Positions 58,790 to 64,000 of a stretch of DNA of 64,000 nucleotides are shown here, one piece after another. A program made the translations under genes and the position numbers. The notes under the pieces are model-generated. The model did no database searches. It was not told the origin of the DNA and worked only from the letters and a program-made list of their open reading frames with translations. The DNA comes from Cyanobacteriota bacterium. Lineage in GTDB: Bacteria > Cyanobacteriota > Cyanobacteriia > PCC-6307 > Cyanobiaceae. The stretch covers positions 256,001 through 320,000 of the forward strand of contig JBJOMY010000004.1 in NCBI GenBank assembly GCA_046052125.1, read 5' to 3'. Within the stretch, counting starts at the first letter, position 1; every line of letters starts with the position of its first letter.

Positions 58790-59345
58790 GCCGTTCTTCC
58801 TGCCACCCCTGATCGGCGCGCCAGCGGCGGCGTTCGTGGGGGTGGCCCTTCAGCTCGAGCAGCTCCACCTGCTCCAACTGGATGCGCACTAGCTCGAAAC
58901 AAGCTGGCAGTGGTGTTCCATCCGCCAGCTCCGCTGGAAACACCCCATCGTCTTCGAAGGCGGCACCCGGTTCCGGCCAACCCCAGAGGGCGCGTGCGCC
59001 AGGGTTGAGTTGCTCCCAGTGGTGGCTTCGCGCGGCCAGGTGGGCCTCTGGGCTCAGCTCCAGCCGCCGCCCCCGCAGCCGGAATTGGGAGCGGGCCTTC
59101 GGTAGTAGCCAGCAGAGTTCCACTCGAGGCTCCTGAAGGAGTTCATTGGATTTCGCGCTGCGGCCATCGGTGAGTAGATCGAGGCTGTCGGCTCCGGCCC
59201 AGCCGCGAAACACCAGCGTGCGTACCCGTGGCGCCCCATCGGCTCCGAGGGTGGCGAGCTGCAGCCAGCGAGCCTGGGGCGATCGTCCTTCTCGTTGTCG
59301 CGCGCCCCGCAGCAGCTGCCGCCAGGGAGGCAAGGCCGTGCTCAT
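58779..59345 (-). CDS. Pyridoxamine 5'-phosphate oxidase family protein
   Basis: QLATL...PRVRTLVFRG, TDGRSAK, QFRLRG, LNP. Confidence 0.85.
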   Translation of the reverse strand: MSTALPPWRQLLRGARQREGRSPQARWLQLATLGADGAPRVRTLVFRGWAGADSLDLLTDGRSAKSNELLQEPRVELCWLLPKARSQFRLRGRRLELSPEAHLAARSHHWEQLNPGARALWGWPEPGAAFEDDGVFPAELADGTPLPACFELVRIQLEQVELLELKGHPHERRRWRADQGWQEERLNP

Positions 59346-59716
59346 GCGGAGGATTCACAGCTGTAGAACTCCCAATCGTCCCGGCGTTGGGCAAACTCCG
59401 GATGCGCGGGATCGAGCGCCTGCCACCACCAGCGGCCATCGCTGTAGCTGGGGGTGCCGGCGTTGTTGGTGCGCGGCAGCTGCAGGCTCACGCCGCGCCA
59501 CTGCAGCACGATGAAGGCGCCTGGCACCGTGCCGCTGGCGGTGTTGGGAATGCCTGGGGCATCCACGGCGCCGATGTGCACCGCGGCGAGCAGTGGCTCG
59601 CCCTCGCAGAGGAAGTGCTCAGGGGCCGGATCCATCGCCGCCAGGCTCTGTGGCGGTGAGATCAGACCCCACAGGGGCAGCAGCAAGGCCATCACCACGG
59701 CGAGGAGCTGGGTCAC
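59342..59716 (-). CDS. Secreted hypothetical protein (weak MliC-like resemblance)
   Basis: Signal-like N-terminus, F.C, LQLPRT..AG..SYSDG.WWW; start uncertain. Confidence 0.55.
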   Translation of the reverse strand: MTQLLAVVMALLLPLWGLISPPQSLAAMDPAPEHFLCEGEPLLAAVHIGAVDAPGIPNTASGTVPGAFIVLQWRGVSLQLPRTNNAGTPSYSDGRWWWQALDPAHPEFAQRRDDWEFYSCESSA

Positions 59717-59757
59717 GGCAGCAGAGCAGCGATGGCCAGGATGGCGCAAAGTCCCTG

Positions 59758-60141
59758 GTGCTCGTTTACGACGGCGGCTGTCCGTTCTGCCGCCACTTCG
59801 CGCTCCGCAGTGAGCTGGTGGGCGGGCTGCCTGATCTGGTGATCCGCGATGGTCGGGCCGATCACGCCTTGCGGGCGGCGTTAAAGGAGCGAGGCCTGGA
59901 TCTAGCCCGTGGTGCGGTGCTGCTGGAGGGGGAGCAGGCCTGGCATGGGGCCGAGGCGATCGCCGAACTCTGCGGGCGGCTGCAGGCCAGCGATCCGCTG
60001 TTGGCTCTCCTGCATCAACTGTTTGCTGCCCCGCCCCGGGCCCGGCGCGTTTATCCGCTGCTGCTCTGGGCACGCCGCACGGCCCTGCAATGGAAAGGCC
60101 TGCCGGAGGATCCCGATCAAGCGGGTCTCCGGCAGGCCTGA
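59758..60141 (+). CDS. DCC1/DUF393 thiol-disulfide oxidoreductase family
   Basis: VYDGGCPFC motif. Confidence 0.8.
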   Translation: MLVYDGGCPFCRHFALRSELVGGLPDLVIRDGRADHALRAALKERGLDLARGAVLLEGEQAWHGAEAIAELCGRLQASDPLLALLHQLFAAPPRARRVYPLLLWARRTALQWKGLPEDPDQAGLRQA

Positions 60142-60162
60142 GGGATCAGCAATCAGCTGCGA

Positions 60163-60681
60163 TCAGGCAACAGCAGCAGCAGCGCGATCGAAGTAGGTGC
60201 CGATCTCGCTCATCAGAGCGGAGCAGTCGCCGGGGGTGATGCCGTTGCGATCGTTGGCGATCGAAATGGCGGCGTCCTTCATCTTGCGGATGCCTTCTGC
60301 CACGGAAGCGCCAGGCACGCCCAGAGCCAGGTAGGTCTCACGCAGGCCGTTCAGGCAGCGGTCTTCCAGCACGGAAGCGTCGCCGGTGAACACGGCATAG
60401 GTGATGTAGCGGAGCACGATCTCCATGTCGCGCAGGCAAGCAGCCATGCGACGGTGGGTGTAAGCGTTACCGCCGGGAGCGATCAGCGCAGGCTGCTGGT
60501 CGAACAGTTCGCGAGCAGCGTTGGTGACGATCTTGGAAGCGTTGGAGGTGATCCGGTTCACGGAATCCATACGCTTGTTGCTCTCGGCCACCATGGCGGA
60601 GAGAGCATCAATTTGACCTGCGTTCAGGAATTCGCCGCGGGCATCAGCCTGAGCAACGACCTTGGTGAAGGCGTCGAACAT
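60163..60681 (-). CDS. cpcB: Phycocyanin beta subunit (stand-alone copy)
   Basis: [38 protein letters not shown]. Confidence 0.96.
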   Translation of the reverse strand: MFDAFTKVVAQADARGEFLNAGQIDALSAMVAESNKRMDSVNRITSNASKIVTNAARELFDQQPALIAPGGNAYTHRRMAACLRDMEIVLRYITYAVFTGDASVLEDRCLNGLRETYLALGVPGASVAEGIRKMKDAAISIANDRNGITPGDCSALMSEIGTYFDRAAAAVA

Positions 60682-60746
60682 GAAGAACTGTGTTCACAGT
60701 CTCATCAATGTAGTGAGTCGCCTTGCGCCGTCGCGAGTCTGAGGGG

Positions 60747-61172
60747 ATGAAGCCTCTCCACGCCTGGCTCGGCCTGGCCGCGGCCCTCTTGGTTGCCTTG
60801 GCGCCGGTTCGGGCCGAGCTCCCGCCCTGGGTCTACGCCGAGGAGCAACGCAGTGCTCCCCTGGTGGTGGAGCTGCAGGTGGGCAGTGTGAAAGCGGATG
60901 CCTCGCCTGTGGTGGTGAAGGCTCGGGTGCTGCGGGTGCAGCGCAAGCCCGCTGCGGTTCAGCTGCGCCCTGGCGACAGCCTCGAGATTCGCTATCCCTT
61001 GCCGCCCCAGCGTCCGGAGGGTTGGGTGGGCCCATCGCCCGTGCCGCTGCTGCGTTCTGGCCAGCAGGTCACCGCTTGGTTGGCGGTGGATCCGGAGGTT
61101 CCGGAGGTATGGGCACCTGCAGCCGGTGGACGCTCCTTTGGCCCTTCGCTGGAAGACCTCCCCAGCCGTTGA
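60747..61172 (+). CDS. Secreted hypothetical protein
   Basis: Signal peptide ending VRA-ELPP. Confidence 0.65.
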   Translation: MKPLHAWLGLAAALLVALAPVRAELPPWVYAEEQRSAPLVVELQVGSVKADASPVVVKARVLRVQRKPAAVQLRPGDSLEIRYPLPPQRPEGWVGPSPVPLLRSGQQVTAWLAVDPEVPEVWAPAAGGRSFGPSLEDLPSR

Positions 61173-61234
61173 GGCGTTGCGCCTGTTGATCCTGTCCTTC
61201 CCTACGTTTTGGGGACCATGAGGGACCCAGGGCG

Positions 61235-62287
61235 ATGACGACCCAGGAGCTGGTGCAGGCCTATTACGGCCAGGAGCTGCAGAGCAGCGCCGATCTCAAA
61301 ACCAGCGCCTGCTGCGATGCCGATGCGGTGCCTGGCTGGCTGAAGCCGTTGCTGGCCCGGGTGCACCCGGAGGTGAGCAGCCGCTACTACGGCTGCGGGC
61401 TGGTGTGCCCGCCGTTGTTGGAGGGCTGCCGGATCCTGGATCTGGGCAGTGGCAGCGGTCGCGATGTGTATCTGCTGGCGCAACTGGTGGGATCCAGCGG
61501 TGAGGTGGTGGGGGTGGATATGACCCCGGAACAACTCGAGGTGGCGCGCCGGCACCAGGCGTTTCATGCCGAGCAGTTTGGCTTCGCCAATGTGCGCTTC
61601 CTCGAGGGGCAGATCGAAGCGCTGGAAGCCTTGGATCTCGAGCCCGCCAGCTTCGATGTGATCGTGAGCAACTGCGTGCTCAACCTCTCCACCGATAAGC
61701 CGGCGGTGCTGCGCGGGGCGCAGCGGCTGTTGAAGCCGGGTGGTGAGTTCTATTTCTCCGATGTGTACGCCGATCGGCGGCTACCGGAGGCCGTGCAGAG
61801 CCATCCGGTGCTCTACGGCGAATGCCTCGGCGGGGCGCTCTACTGGAACGACTTCCTGCGCATGGCCCGCGCTGCCGGCTTCGCCGATCCCCGGCTGGTG
61901 AGCGACCGCCCTCTCGAGATCACGGAGCCACAGCTGGCCGCTCTGGTGGGTGAAGCGCGCTTCTATTCCGCCACCTATCGCCTGTTCAATATTCCTGAAT
62001 TGGAAGATGCCTGCGAAGACCACGGCCAGGCTGTGATCTACCGCGGCTCGATCCCAGAGGCCCCCACCCGTTTGGAGTTCGACAAGCACCACAGCATCGA
62101 AGCGGGGCGCGTGTTTCCGGTGTGTGGCAACACCTATCGGATGTTCCAACAAACACGCTTTGCAGCGCACTTTGAGTTCATCGGCGGCTTTGATCAGCAC
62201 TACGGCTTGTTTGAAGGCTGCGGCAGTGCGATTCCGTTTGATGCCACGACTGCTTCCGCTGCCTCAGCACCAGCGAGTTGCTGTTGA
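61235..62287 (+). CDS. arsM: Arsenite methyltransferase (AS3MT/ArsM-like)
   Basis: DLKTSACC, YYGCG, LDLGSGSGRD, SNCVLNL, GECLGGAL. Confidence 0.82.
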   Translation: MTTQELVQAYYGQELQSSADLKTSACCDADAVPGWLKPLLARVHPEVSSRYYGCGLVCPPLLEGCRILDLGSGSGRDVYLLAQLVGSSGEVVGVDMTPEQLEVARRHQAFHAEQFGFANVRFLEGQIEALEALDLEPASFDVIVSNCVLNLSTDKPAVLRGAQRLLKPGGEFYFSDVYADRRLPEAVQSHPVLYGECLGGALYWNDFLRMARAAGFADPRLVSDRPLEITEPQLAALVGEARFYSATYRLFNIPELEDACEDHGQAVIYRGSIPEAPTRLEFDKHHSIEAGRVFPVCGNTYRMFQQTRFAAHFEFIGGFDQHYGLFEGCGSAIPFDATTASAASAPASCC

Positions 62288-62301
62288 TGAACGGGTGAGA
62301 T

Positions 62302-62457
62302 TCAGCCGAAGAACCCTTTGCTGTTGAGCCACAGCCCCAGGGCCGCCATCGGCACGAACACTGTGGCGGCGATTTGAATTTTGATCTTTAGCCCCGAGGG
62401 TCTGTCGTCTGGGATCGGAGCCGATGGGGCCTTGGCTTTCGATTTGGATTTGGCCAT
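62302..62457 (-). CDS. Small membrane protein (51 aa)
   Basis: MAKSKSKAKAP...IAATVFVPMAALGLWLNSKGFFG*. Confidence 0.55.
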   Translation of the reverse strand: MAKSKSKAKAPSAPIPDDRPSGLKIKIQIAATVFVPMAALGLWLNSKGFFG

Positions 62458-62490
62458 GCGTTGCAGTGAAGGGAAGGATGGGATCGGGGT

Positions 62491-63138
62491 TCAGCGGTGC
62501 TCGATCAGATCGCTCGCTGAGTAGCGCACCTTGGCGAGGCTGGCGTACTTGTCGTCGGTGCTGCGATAGCCACAGGCGCACACCACGCAGCTTTGGTAGT
62601 CGCTGTTCTCGAGCCCCAGGATGCGGTCGTAGTCCGCAGGGCTGAAGCCTTCGATGGCGCAGGTGTCGACCCCCAGCAGAGCGGCGCTGGTGAGCAGGTT
62701 GCCCAGGGCGATGTACACCTGATTGCCAGCCCACTGCCCGATGAGTTGGCTGCGGGGGCCATCGATCAGATCCACCTGGATCATCTGCCTGTAGCCATCG
62801 AGCACATTTGCTTCGATGCCGCGAGTGGTGGCGATGCTGTGGATCAGGCGGTCGGCATCGGCGGCGGTGATCGTGCGTTTCTTCAGCAGCACCACCAGAT
62901 GGGAGCAGTCGGTGATCTGGCTTTGGTTCCAGGAGTGGGGCCGCAGTTCCGATCGGATCGCCGCATCGGTGATCACCAGAAACTTCCAGGGCTGCAGGCC
63001 GTAGCTCGAGGCGGTGAGCACCAGGGATTGTTCAAGCGCCCCCCAGGTGGCGGCATCGATCTGGCGGCTGGCATCGAAGGCCTTGGTGGCGTAGCGCCAT
63101 TCGAGTGCCTTGAGCAGCGTGTCGGAGCTGGCGAACAT
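62491..63138 (-). CDS. Nitroreductase (NfsB-like)
   Basis: WRYATKAFD, SSYGLQPWKF, DTCAIEGF, GYRS...K.R. Confidence 0.9.
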   Translation of the reverse strand: MFASSDTLLKALEWRYATKAFDASRQIDAATWGALEQSLVLTASSYGLQPWKFLVITDAAIRSELRPHSWNQSQITDCSHLVVLLKKRTITAADADRLIHSIATTRGIEANVLDGYRQMIQVDLIDGPRSQLIGQWAGNQVYIALGNLLTSAALLGVDTCAIEGFSPADYDRILGLENSDYQSCVVCACGYRSTDDKYASLAKVRYSASDLIEHR

Positions 63139-63199
63139 TCCGGGATCGGGCCCATGGCGGTCTGAACGGCATTCTCTGCCTTGGCAGGCCCCGAACGCG

Positions 63200-63222
63200 A
63201 AAAACCCCGGCTTGCGCCGGGG
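63200..63222 (-). terminator. Intrinsic terminator
   Basis: CCCCGG-CGCAAG-CCGGGG followed by TTTTT on minus strand. Confidence 0.75.
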
Positions 63223-63261
63223 CGGGGGGTGTGAGGAATGGTGCAGTTCTGTGAGCTGCCC
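63200..63261 (-). ncRNA. Yfr1-like small RNA candidate
   Basis: 5' hairpin, single-stranded ATTCCTCACAC (one mismatch to Yfr1 ACTCCTCACAC), terminator hairpin with U run. Confidence 0.55.
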
Positions 63262-63341
63262 ATTGCCGCCGGCTTGGAGCAGTGGGGCGCTGGTGGCCGC
63301 GCCCCCACCTCGGCGGTACTCCATCCCTAGCAACGCTTTCG

Positions 63342-63815
63342 CTACTGCGCCACAACCAGCGTTGCGGTTCCGCTGCGCTGTACCAGCTCGGCCAGGGTGC
63401 GCATGTCGTGGGGGCGGATCAGGCCGATGCAGCCGGAGGTGCCGCTGTTCCAGTTGCGGCCGGCGCTCGGGTCGAGGTGAATGCCCAGCACCCGCCGCCC
63501 GGTCTGGAATTGCGGTTCGATGCCGATCCAGATCGGCCCCAATTCCCGCGGACCATTCACCCCCAACGGTTCGATCGCACCAATCCGGTAGAGCCCCACA
63601 GGCAGCGGTGCTTCGCTGCCCATTTGATGGCGATTGGCGAGCTGCCGGTCGGCCCGGCCACTCACCGCCTCGAAATGGCGCACGGGTTCCCCTGGGATGT
63701 CGAGCCTGAGATCCCAGATCGGATCACCCGTTCGCTCCAGCCGGCGCGTGGTGCGCTCCAGCGTGAGCACAGGCGTGGCTTGCAGCGCGGCCGCCAGCAG
63801 CAGGGGCACAGCCAT
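63342..63815 (-). CDS. L,D-transpeptidase (YkuD)-like protein
   Basis: PLPVGLY, LGIH...GTSGCIG. Confidence 0.75.
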   Translation of the reverse strand: MAVPLLLAAALQATPVLTLERTTRRLERTGDPIWDLRLDIPGEPVRHFEAVSGRADRQLANRHQMGSEAPLPVGLYRIGAIEPLGVNGPRELGPIWIGIEPQFQTGRRVLGIHLDPSAGRNWNSGTSGCIGLIRPHDMRTLAELVQRSGTATLVVAQ

Positions 63816-63918
63816 CGGTTGTCAGCAGCTGGGGCTGAAGACAACTACGTGGCTTTCTTTTCTGCTGGGGGATCGAAATCCGGTTGCACGGCTGGCACTG
63901 CTGCCAGGCCTGGTGAAC

Positions 63919-64000
63919 TCAGAAGCCGAACGGCAGGCAGGCCTGCTGCACATCCGCCACGGATGCCATCAGCTCAGTTGGCAGGGCATCGCGCATCGGC
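63919..64000 (-). CDS. 3' end of an unidentified gene
   Basis: Open frame ...MRDALPTELMASVADVQQACLPFGF*. Confidence 0.45.
   Translation of the reverse strand, partial: PMRDALPTELMASVADVQQACLPFGF

Noticed and set aside
63229..63260. Yfr2-type RNA on the plus strand
   Set aside because: No GGAAACA loop repeats, and terminator polarity favours the minus strand
63139..63333. N-terminal extension of the nitroreductase in the ORF track
   Set aside because: Runs through a terminator and structured RNA; family similarity begins near ATG 63138
1..64000. CRISPR array, transposase, integrase or prophage genes
   Set aside because: No regularly spaced direct repeats and no recognisable mobile-element motifs seen

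Overview
High-GC picocyanobacterial chromosome (Synechococcus/Cyanobium type: cpcB, ndhL, cytochrome c6-like, cyAbrB, SLH-porin, Nif11 proteins). Layout: (1-3.1 kb) porin divergent from a Zn/Mn ABC ATPase, zur and permease; (3-21 kb) mostly core genes including hisIE, RND efflux, a group-2 sigma factor, an SbcCD-like pair, trpA and ndhL; intronless tRNA-Leu(UAA) at 21384; (21.5-42 kb) a ~20 kb accessory block. That block holds a CuA-less heme-copper oxidase (ARTO type) with two DUF2231-like proteins, two GMC oxidoreductases (one apparently catalytically degenerate), a GH63-like glycosidase, a convergent RidA-cupin-lactonase-Nif11 peptide-GlcG-VOC-DoxX operon, an SDR glucose dehydrogenase, a K-channel homologue with an altered filter, a CLC transporter and NDH-2. 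Beyond it are futB/futA with a Crp-family regulator and candidate Crp and Fur boxes, a persulfide dioxygenase/rhodanese/TauE/ArsR locus, an orphan cpcB, arsM, several small ORFs missing from the ORF track, and a Yfr1-like structured RNA near the right end. The best candidate for an undescribed system is the 22.7-41.4 kb sugar-oxidation/alternative-respiration module with its embedded Nif11-leader peptide operon. All calls come from motif recognition by eye; no searches were run.
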